From NCBI RefSeq assembly GCF_009914755.1, contig NC_060937.1: a stretch of DNA of 64,000 bases. One strand, 5' to 3'. A program made the translations under genes and the position numbers. The notes under the pieces were generated by a model. It made no database searches. It had not been told where the DNA came from and saw nothing but the letters and a program-made list of their open reading frames with translations. The stretch's first letter is position 1. Every line of letters begins with the position of its first letter. Below, piece by piece: positions 43,699-57,900 of this stretch. This stretch comes from the human T2T-CHM13v2.0 reference genome, Homo sapiens.

Positions 43699-43975
43699 CT
43701 GGAAAAAGAAGATGAACAAGGACTGTTATAATTACCTCTTGAATCACAATAAACCATTATTTAGAAACGTTATTAGACTACAATATCTAGATGGAGAGAA
43801 TGTATTAATAGACAGAGAAAAGGAGAATTTTATCACTTCAAAAGTTTGAATGTAATGCCTATTCACCAAAATCCACATAGCTACTGGATTCCTATAAAAT
43901 ATCACTCTCTCTCCCTCTAGTGCTAACATTATCAAATGGCCATGTTCTTTTGTACAAAAAGGGTAAATATACTCT

Positions 43976-44255
43976 TTTTATTTTTTTTTTTTTTTGAGAC
44001 AAGAGTCTCGCTCTGTCACCCAGGCTGGAGTGCAGTGGCACAATCCAGGCTCACTGAAACCTCCGCCTCCCAGGTTCAAGTGATTCTCCTGCCTCAGCCT
44101 CCAGGTAGCTGGGACTATAGGTGCGCACCACCACGCCTTGCTAATTTTTGAATTTTTAGTAGAGACGGGGTTTCATCATATTGGCCAGGCTGGTCTTGAA
44201 CCCCTGACCTCGTGATCTGCCTGATTCGGCCTCCCAAAGTGCTGGGATTACAAGC
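43976..44255 (-). mobile_element. AluS-type SINE, lacking its first ~20 nt
   Basis: T-tail, both arms, ends at gggattacaagc. Confidence 0.9.
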
Positions 44256-44515
44256 ATATGAAGCTGGACCTTTCTATAAGTTTCCAGAGTGATCAGATTA
44301 TTCTCTCAGAAAGGTAATAAACAACATTACCAGACAGATTTGATAAACAGAGTCTAACATAAAGGTATATAATACTTCACAACGTGCAGCTGTGTTATGT
44401 CAGGCACTAGAGCTAACCATCGCTTTGAATGCCCTATTAATACTCTGTGTAACACAATATGAATAACATTGAATTTCCTTTAGTTGACAGTTTAATGCTA
44501 TAAAATGACAATTAC

Positions 44516-44601
44516 CTAAGAGGAACTTCGTGAGAATAGAAAACATCAGCAAGTTTTATAAAATCCAAGGTATATTCTTGGGCCGGATCAATAAACAGAA
44601 C
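44516..44601 (-). CDS. UGGT2: UGGT2 internal coding exon (86 nt, phase 0/2)
   Basis: ttttag|GTTCTG...CTTAG|gtaatt; VLFIDPAQEYTLDFIKLADVFYSHEVPL(R); in frame with neighbours. Confidence 0.95.
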
Positions 44602-44736
44602 CTAAAAGAAAGATAGTATATATCACTATTTCAACACCTTAGAATCTTCATGAAATTCAAGTTTAGACTAATTTTTGTGACTGAAAGTATGAAATTCAAT
44701 GTGTAATTTTTAAAGAAATTCTAGCAATTCTAAGGA

Positions 44737-44738
<2 letters not shown>

Positions 44739-44781
<43 letters not shown>
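44739..44781. repeat. (CA)n microsatellite
   Basis: Direct reading. Confidence 0.95.
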
Positions 44782-44783
<2 letters not shown>

Positions 44784-45324
44784 AAGGATTTCACAATTTA
44801 TGAAGGATTTCTAAAAGCTGCACATCCAAACATAATTATACATGGAATTTAACATCAGGCTACTCATCTTCTTTTTGGAAGCCCAGTATATTTTATTTTG
44901 CCTGAATTGAAATACCTTATTCTAAATGTTCATTAGATTTTCTATGATAAATTTTTTCAAAAGGAAATAGAGATTGAATTTTGACCAAAAAAAAATAGCA
45001 TTAACATAACTGCTTTATCAAGACTGCTGCAAAAAATATCTTATTCATTTCCTATGTGAAAAAACAGCCGTAGGTATTTTCTCCAACTTTCAAAGTTCCA
45101 ATATTAATGTTTAGATATTATTGGGCTAATAAAATTATATGCATAGATGATAAAGTGGTATTTATGTATCTTTCCCTAAAATTACTACACTTTAATCATT
45201 AGTTCTTTTTAATAAAGAAGAAAAAGTTCTGTCATAAATTCTTTTGAAAAAATGTAAAAGTAACATTAATATGGTTATTATAAAATGACATAAGGGCTAA
45301 AGAGTAAGAGGCAGAACATGTGAC

Positions 45325-45687
45325 TAATATGGTTTGGCTGTGTGCCCACTCAAATCTCATCTTCAATTGTAGTTCTCATAATCCCCATGTGCCGTAGGAG
45401 GGACCCAGTAGGAGGTAATTAAATCATGGAGGCAGTTGCCTCTATGCTATTCTTGTGATAGTGACTTCTCAGGACATCTGATGGTTTTATAAGGGGCTTT
45501 CCCCTTTTGCTCATACTTCTCCTTCCTGCCACTATGTGAAGAAGCACGTTTGCTTCCCCTTCTGCCATGACTGTAAGTTTCCTGAGGCCTCCCCAGCCAT
45601 GCTGGGGAGTCAATTATACCTCTTTCCTTTATAAATTACCCAGTCTCAGGTATGTCTTTATTAGCAGCATGAGAACGGACTAATACA
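45325..45687 (+). mobile_element. THE1 solo LTR (MaLR)
   Basis: TAATATGGTTTGGCTGTGTG...GGACTAATACA; perfect TSD GTGAC. Confidence 0.92.
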
Positions 45688-45860
45688 GTGACATGGCTAG
45701 TTGTTGATACCCAGTCAGCCATGCCACCTAAGCTTGCTGCTTCAGGCAAATACTTAACTTCCTTACAACTCAGATGCCTATTCATTGACAGAAGGATAAT
45801 CCAGAAAGAATGCTGATATCTTTATAAGATATATATGTATAATCAAAATATAAAACTCAC

Positions 45861-45980
45861 CAAATTATGAAAATTGCGCCTTATGGAAGGTACACTTCCA
45901 GGAAATACTGGCTTCAGAAGTTTCTGGCAACTTGTAGGCCATGTAATATACAAATCATCATTTTCTAAGTCATTAATCCA
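45861..45980 (-). CDS. UGGT2: UGGT2 internal coding exon (120 nt, phase 0/0), first in window
   Basis: Minus strand ...ttttctag|TGGATTAAT...AATTTG|gtgagt; translates WINDLENDDLYITWPTSCQKLLKPVFPGSVPSIRRNFHNL, recognised as UGGT-family thioredoxin-like region and matching recalled UGGT2 sequence. Confidence 0.95.
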
Positions 45981-47049
45981 CTAGAAAAGAACGCAGACAC
46001 TTGTGAAAGCTATATTAACACTGAAATCATTTTCAAAGCCAGATTTTTACTATATCGTGATAAATAAAAATATACATAGAATTTTCTATATTTCTGATTA
46101 AATAGAGGAGCTAGTTTAATATTCTCTAAATTAAGGAATACATTATGTGCAACAATTTTATACTTGTGTAGCCTTTTACATTAAGCCTTCTCTCAAAAAC
46201 AATTCCTTTCACTTGTGTTTGTTTTTCATATCCCAACGTAAAATTGTATGAAAATTACTCTCCATAAACCACTTAAGAGAGATGAATATTTATTTTAATT
46301 ATCAGCAGTAAATGAAGCCCTCTCCACCTCCCCTCTCAATTTAAAGGCTTGGATATAAGGAAAATAAAATGGCTTATAAAAATTAAATTATAAAATCAAC
46401 ATCTTAGAAATCAAGTTCTAATCCACTATACAAGCTGGAGAAAACATATAAACTGCTGTTTAGAGGCATGTGGTCGGGGAAGCAACCACCAATCAAGAAG
46501 TGAGGCATTATGGTCCTTGAAAGCAGGAGGCATAAGCAGCAAGCTCCACATTCACCTAAACTTCATCCCTGGGTCCCCAGATTGCGTCCTGGAGAAATAC
46601 TGAGTTGGAAAGCAGAAGTCAAAGTACGGGCTGCCAAAGTGCTGAGATTTGAGGGCAGGATGCAGGGTGAGAGGGTAGGAGAGAAGGAAACTGCAGGAAA
46701 CCAGAAAAATCTCCATACAAATTCCTCTCAAGTCATTTGCTGACTCCTATCCTGCACATATACATGGTAACACCTCTACAAAAGCCAGAAGGAAAGAGAA
46801 ACGGAGAGGTTGAAACCACAGCTATAAAATAGTACTGAGAAGACAGAGACCAAAGTCCAAGTACTATATAGTACTATATACACTGTAGACTTTCATTTGA
46901 GACCCAGTAAGGCCAGATCCTAGAAGTAAGACACAAAAATAGTAGAGCCTTCACAAAGCCTAAAAACAAGCTTCAACAGAAGCAAGTGAGCATCTGGCAC
47001 TGAGGCTACCAGAACAAACCTTAGCTCTTTGCTTCTACAGCTTTTCATC

Positions 47050-47930
47050 AATTTCTGGCTCTCACAAAAAAAAAAAAAAAGTCATGCAAAGAGAAAAGGA
47101 CCAAATATTGAAATGAAACAGGAAAAAAAAAAAAAGACAATAAAAAACCCCAAAGATTACTTAGACAAGGACTTTAAAATAACTATCAATATATTTTTTA
47201 AAAAGCACAAAAATTTCTAAAAAGAAAAATTTTGACAGAACTAAAATCTGTTTAAAAAGAATCAAAGAGATATTTAAGGTTTTTAAAATATAATATTTAT
47301 AATTAAGAACTCTAAGAACTTATTGGGTGGGTTTAATTGCAGACTGTACGCAGAAGAGACAGGGATTAGTAAACGTGACAACAGATCAACTGTTATAGTA
47401 ACTAAACTACAAAGAAAAGAATAAACAAACCAAACAAAGTGTGAGAGAGATTAGGAATATATGAAAAAGATCTAGCATATAGGTAACTAAAAATCCAAGA
47501 GGAAAGGAGAGAAAGTCTGGAGCAAATAATACTTGAAGAAATTAGGTTTCTACAGTAATTCAGATAATCCAGGTATGAGTTTATTGTGGACTGAACTAAG
47601 TCAGAGGCAGTGGCTTCAGAGAAAAGGTGACAGAATTAAGAGACACACACAGATGGATGAATAAAACAGAGGAATTTAGGGTATATGTTCCAATAGCTAA
47701 AAGAAACGATGTCTAAATAAAGGAAGGCATGAAGACAAATCAATAAACAGATAAAAATTACAAAAAGAACCAAATAAAAATTTTGGAATTCAAAAGTATA
47801 ATAATTGAAATAAAAAATTAATGAGAGGAGCTCAACAGCATATTTGAGCAGTTAGAAGAAAGAATTAATGAATTTGAAGGTAAGTCAATGAGCTTACTCA
47901 GTCTGAGGAAGAAAAGAGAAAGGAAGATAT
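47050..47930 (+). mobile_element. Degraded L1M ORF1-region fragments
   Basis: gacaaggactttaaaataactat and gagcagttagaagaaagaattaatgaatttgaag motifs. Confidence 0.55.
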
Positions 47931-48337
47931 AGGTGCAGAGGAGTCTAGCCCCAAAGGGGAAACAGGCCTTATCTTGACCCAAAGGCAGCTGAGGGTGAGA
48001 ATTTGGCAGCTCTTTGGAAAGGGCAATCAGAACTCCCATTCCCAATGGAGCTCAGAATCATACAGAGCCTTCAAGCAGTGCCACTTTTCCTGACTAAAAG
48101 CAAGTGTGCCTAGACAGACAAAATGAGACTCTCAACTACAGTGCAACTAAACTTGTGGTCTGAAGACTGTTAATAACCTATAAGTACAGAAATTAAGTGT
48201 TCAACAACTTGCAGTAATTTGACATGGCCATGACATTTGAGCATGTATCAGTCTCATTTCACTGAACATGGTATAAGCCAGCTTGGGGTTCATCAAACTC
48301 CTGTGGTGTGCCACATGTAGTACAAAATACATATTAC

Positions 48338-48594
<257 letters not shown>

Positions 48595-48857
48595 GATACA
48601 TATTAGTCATAGGAGTAGGACAACATATTGATTGGCAACAGGTTAAGGAAAAAATGTTATTCTCTTACTATGGATAGTTTAAGAAGTAGTGCTCTAGCAC
48701 TTGATGAGGGCTATCTCTGAAAAACCACAGGAAAAAAAAAAGAAGAAAAAAAGAAATTAACAAAAAAAGATACGACGGCCCCAGGCTTTGCTAGGGTCCA
48801 AGATGAAAGCATTATCTGTGGTCATTCTGATACTGATAAGATTTTGGCAAAAGATAT

Positions 48858-49165
48858 ACCCACCCCCTAGTATCTGTAGGGGGATAGGTTCCAGGACTCC
48901 CCGAGGATACCAAAATCTAAGAATATGCAAGTCTCTAACATAAAATGGCATAGTATTTGCATAGAACCTACTCACATCCTTCCATATACCTTAAATCATC
49001 TCTAGATTACACGTAATGCCTAATACAATGTAAATGCTATGTAAATAGTTGTTATATTGTTTTAAAATTTGTATTTTTTTATTGTTTTTCTTTTTTTGAG
49101 TATTTTCATTCCATGGTTAGTTGAATCCAGGCATGTGGAACCCTTGGATATGGAAGGCCAATGAT
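48858..49165 (+). mobile_element. MER2/Tigger-family DNA transposon fossil
   Basis: ggttccaggactccccgaggataccaaaatc...aaaatggcatagtatttgcatagaaccta motif. Confidence 0.78.
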
Positions 49166-50517
49166 ATTTTGCATCTATGATCTTATTGAAACCTATTTAC
49201 CAAGTCACGAGGAAAAAGTGAGTTTGTGGGTTTTTTCCCTTCTATGAAGATAATATGAAAATCATAGCTTATGAGATTAGGAGACTGACATGTTTTAATT
49301 CACCCTAAAATTGTATTATTGTCACCAAGGCTACTTTTGGCAGTTAAATTAACTAAATTCTCCATACTCATGTGGAAAAGAAAACCTCTAGAGATTGATC
49401 AAGAATGTAAGACAACTATATAAAAACTATAATGAAAATATGCTATGATCCAAATGTCTTGATGTCTTTTATGGAGTGACTCTTACTGAATGAGACAATG
49501 TTACGACAATATGTACCTAAAGAAATTATTATACTTTAAGTTTTTTAAATTTTAAAGATCTATTATGATTATGATTCTTAACATTACTTTGGGCATATTT
49601 TCTGTCATTTTAAATTGGCTTTTAAAAAGTTGACTGCTACAACAGTGAATGAACACATTATATGTGAAATTTCAACACCAAAGCTGGCTGTAATAAAAGA
49701 TAAATGACATTGTTACCATCAAAGTGCAAAGCAAAAGGAGAGTTTTGGTTAAATCCAGAAAACCTTGAAACTGTCTTTGTTCCCTTCATGCTACGTCTAA
49801 GTTTATGGAAATCTATGAGTGCATTATATACTTTAGTATTCCGTAAGAAAAATTTTGCAATGTCTTTTTCTTTTCAGAGAGCTGAAGGACAAATGATGCT
49901 GACAAGGGGACAGTCAGAACCTGCATACTTTGAATGCAATACCAGGGCACTAGTGCCAAGAGTTACAAAAGAAGAAGAGCCTTTTAACTTTGGCGGGAGT
50001 GCAGAAGGGAGGACCAAAATTGTAATTTGAACACATTATTGAGTAAGATCATATAATGGAAAAGGAGGAAACTGGTTTAAAGAGATGAAATAAAGGTAGA
50101 GGTTAATTAGAACTACCAACATAAATATATGCCCTTTTAAAAGAAGAAAATTTTTTCTTGCTCTGTCTTCACTCTTTTCTACTCTGAATATTTTATATGA
50201 AACAATATGAAGTGCACATCTAATGCCCAGATTTTGGTCATTAGCACTATTTTCTACAAAAAAAAAACTTGGTGAATAGGCCGTTCCACATTTGGAGAAA
50301 AAAGAATCAAGATGATCTATGAGACACCCTGTCAGAAGGGGGTAGTGTTTAAAGAATAAAGAGGTCAGTTTGAAGGGAAGGCTGCCAGAGGCCATGTGCT
50401 GATTATTTTATCATCTAAAAGAAAATAGTTACTATAGTTAAAAAGAACTTTTAGTGTTTGTGAGAGTCCCTAAGCATGCTCAAAAGGAAATGTTTCAGAG
50501 ATAAGTCAAATATACTA

Positions 50518-51509
50518 CAGGTTGAGCATCCCTAATCTGAAAATCCAAAACGTTCCAAAATCTGCAACTTTTTCAGTGCTCACATGATGCTCCAAGTAGA
50601 AAATTCCACACCTGATACCTTTGTTTTCTGATGGCTCAAGTACACAAACTTAGTTTCATACACACAATTTAAAAAAATATTGTCTAAAATTACCTTCAGT
50701 CTATGGGCATAAGGTATACATGAAACATAAATAACTTTCATGTTTAGACTTGGGTCCCTTTTCCAAGATATCTCATTATGTATGTAAACCAAAAATAAAA
50801 TTCTATGCCCCACAACAATCTGAATGGACTCCTCCTTTTGGCAAGGGCATTCCAAAGTTAACCTGAAAAACTAGCTCAGGCCATGATGGGAAGGGGGAGT
50901 CAGACAGGCCTCATTATTCCCTCCTTCCTTTTGGAATTCAGACACAGCTGAGCAGCATTAACATTAAAGCAGATCTTAAGACTGATAGAACAGATGCTTT
51001 AAGTCTGATTAGAAACATTTACAATCTATTCTTTCTGAAGCTGCCACCTGAAGGCTTCATCTGCATGATAAAACCTTGGTCTCCACTACTGCTTATCTTA
51101 AAACAGACATTCCTTTCTATTGATTCCAGATAACAACTCAGCCAACTACCAACTAGAAAATCTTTGAATCTGCCTATAACCTGGAAGGCACCTGCTTCCA
51201 GATTTCCTGCCTTTCCAGATGTACCAAACCAATGTACATCTTACATATATCAATTGATGTCTTATGTCTCCCTAAAATGTATAAAACCAAGTTGTAGTTT
51301 GACCACCTCGGGCACATGTTCTCAGGATCTCCTAAGGGCTGTGTCACAGGCCACTGGTCACTCATATTTGGCTCCAAATGAATCTCTTCAAATATTTTAC
51401 AGAATTTGACACTTCATCAACACATATATGCAAATATTCTAAAATCCAAAAAACTGAAATCTGAAACCCTTCTGGTCCCAAGCATTTTGGATAAGGGACA
51501 CTCAACTTG
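50518..51509 (+). mobile_element. Tigger4/MER46-like DNA transposon, split by a MER4 LTR
   Basis: TIRs CAGGTTGAGCATCCCTAATC / GATAAGGGACACTCAACTTG flanked by TA. Confidence 0.82.
50783..51422 (+). mobile_element. MER4-family ERV1 solo LTR
   Basis: TGTAAACCAAAAATAAAATTCT...TCAACA; flanks TGTA/CATA are consistent with a CGTA TSD after CpG decay. Confidence 0.8.
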
Positions 51510-52429
51510 TAATGTGTAACAGTTGTCTATGCCCGATGTCTTACAAGAAAGTAGAGGGCATAAAGAACAAATCACTGAATTACTTAAGAAATGTGAACTA
51601 CTTTGGTTTGTTTACTCAGTGTAGCACTAATCCTTCAGGTAGGACAAACTGCTATCATAATAACCATGATTGGTATTTGTAGATTCAACAAATCTTTTAA
51701 AAAGTCAAAATACTATGTTCCTATTTTTAATTATGAATCTTGAAACAGGATGAATTACAAGAATAGATCTCAGGCGGCCTAAAGTCTGTGTCCACCAGGC
51801 TATGATACAGCTGCAGATCATTTTTTTACAAGTTACGTGCACCTGGTAAATAGGTAGATTAGTTTCCAGAAAAGTTGCAATAGGCCAAAAAGGTAAAAAA
51901 TGAAACAAAACAGAAACCTAGTGAGAGTGGGAAATGCAAGCTTAAGAATCTAGATAGGATATTTATGCAAATCAGGTGGTACCTGGGTGTAGGCTGTTGC
52001 TACTCATAAGGTTCTTTTCTGTTAGTTGCAAAACAGTAATACTTCTGAGTATACGAAATGAATAAAGGTGTTCCCTCTCTGCAGGACAAATTATAAAAGG
52101 ATGTAACCCTTCCTCTTATCAGGAAGGGCACACACAAGACACGGCCAGGAGAAATGTGCTCAGAGTTTAGCCCCACACTCTTTCCCTCAACCAGGTACAC
52201 ATGGGCAGTAGAGGGTTTGGTTAGAGGGTCAAGCCTCCCTAAGTTTTCAGTTTTCAAAGCGCTCAAACAGGGCTGCTGCATATTATTGTTCATTTTTTGT
52301 GCATACTTCTTCATTTTAAGATAAAGTCTATAAAGTGATATTTCTTTTGAACTTTAGGAAATGTTTAAACAGATGCAGTAAATGTAACTAAGTAATATGA
52401 TGTCACAGTTACAAGCATGAGTTCAAATA

Positions 52430-52580
52430 ACCTTTTAGTGTCTCAGTTTCTTCATCTGTATAATGGGGATGCTATCAATACCTAATAGGGTCGCTGTGCA
52501 AATAAAATGAGATAATTCATTTTAAATGCTGAACATAGTATCTGGCACTCTGCTCAATAAATTTAAGCCACTGTTGTTAG
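52430..52580 (+). mobile_element. MIR fragment
   Basis: tctcagtttcttcatctgtataatggggat...aaatgagataat core. Confidence 0.72.
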
Positions 52581-52589
52581 TAAAAGGCA

Positions 52590-53868
52590 ATCACAAAGCA
52601 GAGCAGGAAATAAAATTTAACGACAAGCTAAAACAATCTTGATAAAGAAGTATAAAGTTGGAGAACTCACACCTCTTGATTTCAAAACTGACTATAAAGC
52701 TACAGTAATCAAAACAATGTGGTACTAGAATAAGGACAGACATACAGATCAGTGGAATAGACTAGACAGCCCAGAAATAAATCTGCATTTATGATCAACT
52801 GATATCTGACAAGGGTGCCAAGCAAAGGTAACCAAAAAAAGGTGGAATTCATAAAAATTAAAATTTTGTTGTACATCAAAGGACACTACTAACAGTCAAA
52901 AGGCAACCTACAGAATGGGAATAAATATTTGCAAATCATATATCTGATAAGGAATTAATATCCAGAATATATAAAGGACTCCTACAACTCAACAAAAAAC
53001 AAAGAACCCAATTTAAAATGGGCAAAGGACTTGAATAGATATTCCTCTAGAGAAGATATACAAATGGCCAACAGGTATTATGAATCAATGCTCAACATCA
53101 CTAGTCATTAAGGAAATGTAATGAGAACCACAATGAGATACCAGTTCACACTCATTAGGATGGCAATTGCCACAAAGCAAAACATGCCAAAACCAGAAAA
53201 TAACAAGAATTGGTGAGGATGTGGAGAAATGGGAACACTTGTGAACTGACAGTGGTAATGACAAATGATGTAACAGCTGTGAAAAACAGTTTGGCAGTTT
53301 GTCAAAAAAGTTAGACACAGAAATACCATATGATTCAGCAATTCTACTTCTAGGTATATACCCACAAGAACTGAAAGCAGAGATTCACACAGGTACTTGT
53401 ACATCAAAGTTCATAGCACAGCATTATTCACAATAGCCAAAAGTTAGCAGCAGTGTAAATGTCCAACAGATGAATGGATAAACAAACTGTGGTATATACA
53501 TTCAATGAAATATTATTCAGTCTTAAAAAGGAACAAAATTCTGATACATGCTACAACATGGATGAACCCTGAAAATATTATGCTAAGTGAAATTAGCCAG
53601 ACACAAAAGAATATTGTATAATTCCACTTATATGAAATATCAATAGGCAAATTAATAAAGACAGAAAGTAGATAGAGCTTACCAGAGTCTTCAGGAAGAA
53701 GGGTATGGGGATTTAATGTTTAATGTGAACAGAGCTTCGTTCGGGATAATGAAAAAGTTCTGAAAATAAATGGTGGTGATGGTTGTACAACACTGTGAAT
53801 GTACTTAATGCCACTGAATGGTTAAAAGAGCAAATTTTATGCCATGTATATCTAACCTGAATAAAAAC
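52590..53868 (+). mobile_element. L1MB 3' portion
   Basis: ORF2 3' motifs and L1MB-type 3'UTR ggtggtgatggttgtacaacactgtgaatgtacttaatgccactgaa. Confidence 0.82.
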
Positions 53869-54659
53869 TACTTTGTGACAATCTCGTGGGAACACAACCT
53901 TTATGGAGGGTGGGTTCCAAAACCAGCTATACTCCTTATGGACTGGAATTCCTGGGGTTTGGGGCCTGTGGTAGTCTTGACAAATTAGCAGTCTTATCAG
54001 TGCTTATGAAGAGATAGTCTGCTGAAAGCAGCAGGGTGGCAGAGAAGGGAGGCACACCGTCTGAGACTGATATCTGAAAGCTTGCCAGAATCTGAGAGAC
54101 AACTCAGGGAAATGGGGCTTTGCAGAGTGTGGGGACAATGGGAGCAGCATAAGGGCTTAAAAGTCCAACTGCTCCTCCACACACAGAGTGACTGTCCTTC
54201 ACTGCCAACCTTAGAAGCAAGCTAGGATATTATTTTACAAAGAGAATAGGAAGGTTTCTTTATAGGTCTGTTTACTATGTCTAGAAGAGCCTTGACAATT
54301 ACTGCACTAATTTTCTGTGTGACTCTCTCTCAGCATTCTTTTCTACAAAAGCTAAAAAGCACAAATTCTTAAATATCAGATACAAGTATTAAGATTACTT
54401 ACAAGGTCATTCCTTTTTCTGACATAACATTTTTAGAAAAGACATCTGCTATTGAGATTAAAGACAAAGTAAAAGTAAAATCTAGCCAATGAAAGAATAC
54501 GGTCTAAAGAGTGGTAGAAAACAGTAACAAACATCTATATAACAAGTCACTTCGTGTTCTAGAAAACACAAATGATAACTACTTAGTAATTTGTTATTTA
54601 TCCTGAATCTGAAGTTTCTGATGTTCAGGGAATATGGCGTTTCTTTCGGGCTGCTATAG

Positions 54660-54978
<319 letters not shown>

Positions 54979-57900
54979 AAAGGCAGGTAGTTTATGAGCA
55001 GGAAGGTTTTTCAAGTAAGGCAAAACTAACTATAATAACTGAGATGCTTCAGAGAGAATCCCTTACATTTTTATATAAAACAATTAGCAAAAATTTCAGA
55101 GAGGATTTTTCCCCTTAAGATCTTTTTTTTTTTTTTTTTTAAGAAGGGGCTTCAAGATGGCTGAATAGATGTATCTGCTACTTGCCTCTTCCATGGAAAG
55201 GAACCAATATAGTAAGCAGATAATCACACTTCGAATAGGTCGTCTAAGGGAGCACACTGGAATTCACCAGAGAAGTGACAGGAGTACCCGAAAGCAAGAA
55301 AGGAGAGGGAAATAAGGCAGACTGCTAGGCTGGGATTGGCTGGAAGCCTAGAGAGGTTCCCTAATGCAAGGAAAGTGTAAGTGAGAGACCCTCAGCAGTC
55401 CACGTTTCCACTACGGACTCCTACCAACCTAACCATGGAAAAGCCCCTTCACCCTTATGGGCTTCTGAGACTAACAGAGGGAGCTACCTGGAGATTGCAC
55501 AATGCCACTGATCCAGAGAGGGAGCTCATGCCCAGTCCCACAAACCCCTGAGTCCTAAGCCACTGCAGTATGGCATCATTTTGAGAGCCCAGCTCCCACA
55601 GACTGTGTCCTGCCCTGGGGCCTAACAGCCCCCGCATCTCCATATCTCTGGGGTCCCACTGACATTCCCTGCTAGGGCCAAGGCAGAACCACTGGCAGTC
55701 ACACTGCCTCCCCAGCAGAGGGACAATCACACATTTCCATGCACCTGAGGACAAATTCCATTTGCTGCAAACTGTGTGTGTGTGTTTTGGGGTGGGGGGA
55801 CATAGGATGAGCAAAGCATGCCCCAGCCACCTGCCTCCAATTGCTCCTGTTGAAAGTGACTTCACCCTCTCCAGTAGCAGAACAGCAGCACAGCTGCTGC
55901 TGCTGCCTCTACCTGAGCATCCACCTATGGCCGGTGGATCATCCCGCTCCCCTGCTGCCCACCAACCATAGCCAGAGCCTGAATGTACCAACATGGGGCC
56001 TAAGAACCATCTTGCCTGGTTCTATCACCCCCAGTACCTAAGCATGCTGTCCAGGGACGTGGGGATCACCCAGCACAATCCATTACCATTGGCATCTGAG
56101 CACACCTCCCAGTGTCATGCCCACCCAACCTGCCACTACCATCACCTCAGGGCCTGGGCAATGGCTGACCCAGCCCATCACAGCTACTGCCAACACTGGC
56201 ATGGACCCTTAGGTCCTAGAGAATTGTCCCGCCACTTACTGCCATTGCCCGTGCCACAACCACTGCTCAGGTGCTCAAGAACCTACCTACCACTGTCATT
56301 CCCAGCACCCAAGCAAGTCATCTAGAGGCCCAAGAATCAACCTCCCTGCACCTGCTAACACTGGTGCTAGTGTACACCACCCTGGGGGCCAAGGCTCAAC
56401 CCACCATCGCCACCCATAGGGCCCTAAGTCTGGCCCAACTGGTGTCCCACATTTCAGCAAAACTTCATCACAGCCTCCACTAGCAACTGTGCTACAAGCC
56501 ACCTAGCAAACAGAGACACCACTGATGCTGTTTACAGATGAAGAAATCATACAGAGATTACCCTACTGCACACATTGAGAATCAATGCCAAAAAGTGTAC
56601 TATGCAACTAACACCATAAATGGTCAGGAAAAAGTCTTCCCCTAACAATGGAAATTTTTAAAAAATGGAATAAGTAACTGTTACACCAGATGCACAGATG
56701 TCAACGTAAGGACACAGGAACATAAGCAATCTCCAAAGGAACACAATAATTCTCCAGCAACAGATCCCAATCTAAAAGACATTTATGAAATCCCAGAAAA
56801 ACAATTCAAAATATTGAAATTAAGCTCAGTGAGCTATAAGAGAATACTTTAAAACAATCCAAAAATATCAGAAAAACAATTCAGGAAATAAGTGAGAAAT
56901 TTACCAGAACCAAATAGAAAATTCATTGAATGACATGTAAAATGTATTGAAAAGCTTCAGCAGTGGACTAAATCAAGTAGAATCAAGAATCTCAGAATTT
57001 TAAGACAAGACTTTTGAAATATCCCAGTCAAATAAAAATACATACAAAAAAGAATAAGCAAAGCCTATGTGACATATGAGACACCATAAAGTGACCAAAT
57101 ATTTGAATTTTGCTGTCCCAGAAGATTAAAAAAAAAGTATTAGAAAACCTATTTAATGAAATAACAGATAAAGACTTCCCAAGTCTAATGAGATTTAGAT
57201 ATCCAAATACAGGAGGCACAGAGATTCCCAAATAGATACAATTCCAAAAGGTTTTGCCCATGGCAAATTATAGTCAAACTGTCAAAATTTAAAGAGAAAG
57301 AGAGATTTCTATAAACAGCAAGTGAAAAGCATCTAGTGGGAACACCCATCAGATTAACAGCAGATTTCTCCACAGAAACTTTACAGGCCAGGAGAAAATG
57401 GCATGATATATTTAAAGTCCTGTAAGAAAATGCCTGCCAGTTGAGGATACTATACCCAGCAAAGTTATCCTTCATAAATGAAGGAAAAATAAAGTCTTTC
57501 CCAGACAAGCAAAAGCTGAGGGAATTCTTCACCACTAGACCAGCCCTGCAAGAAATGCTTAAGGGAGTCCTATACCCAGAAGTGAAAGAATGGTATCTAC
57601 CATCCTGAAACATAAATACCACTGGTAGAACAAACCACTGAAGTCAGAGAAAAGATTCAAATGTTACCAATACAGAAAACCAACAAGACACAATTGTTAA
57701 AGAGAGAGAGAGAGAAACAGAGAACACACAAAATAAACAGAAATCAACTAATAAAATGACAGAAATAAGTCCTCACATATCAATAATAACCTTGAATGTA
57801 AATGAATTAAACTTTACACTTAGAAGATACAGACTGGCTGAATGGATTAAAAAACAAGACCCATCCATACACTGCCTTAAAGAAACTCATCTCACTTGTA

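Noticed and set aside
55455-56502. Several 60-180 aa ORFs in a GC-richer stretch
   Set aside because: Within the 5'UTR of the L1MA-type element; no recognisable protein or exon structure.
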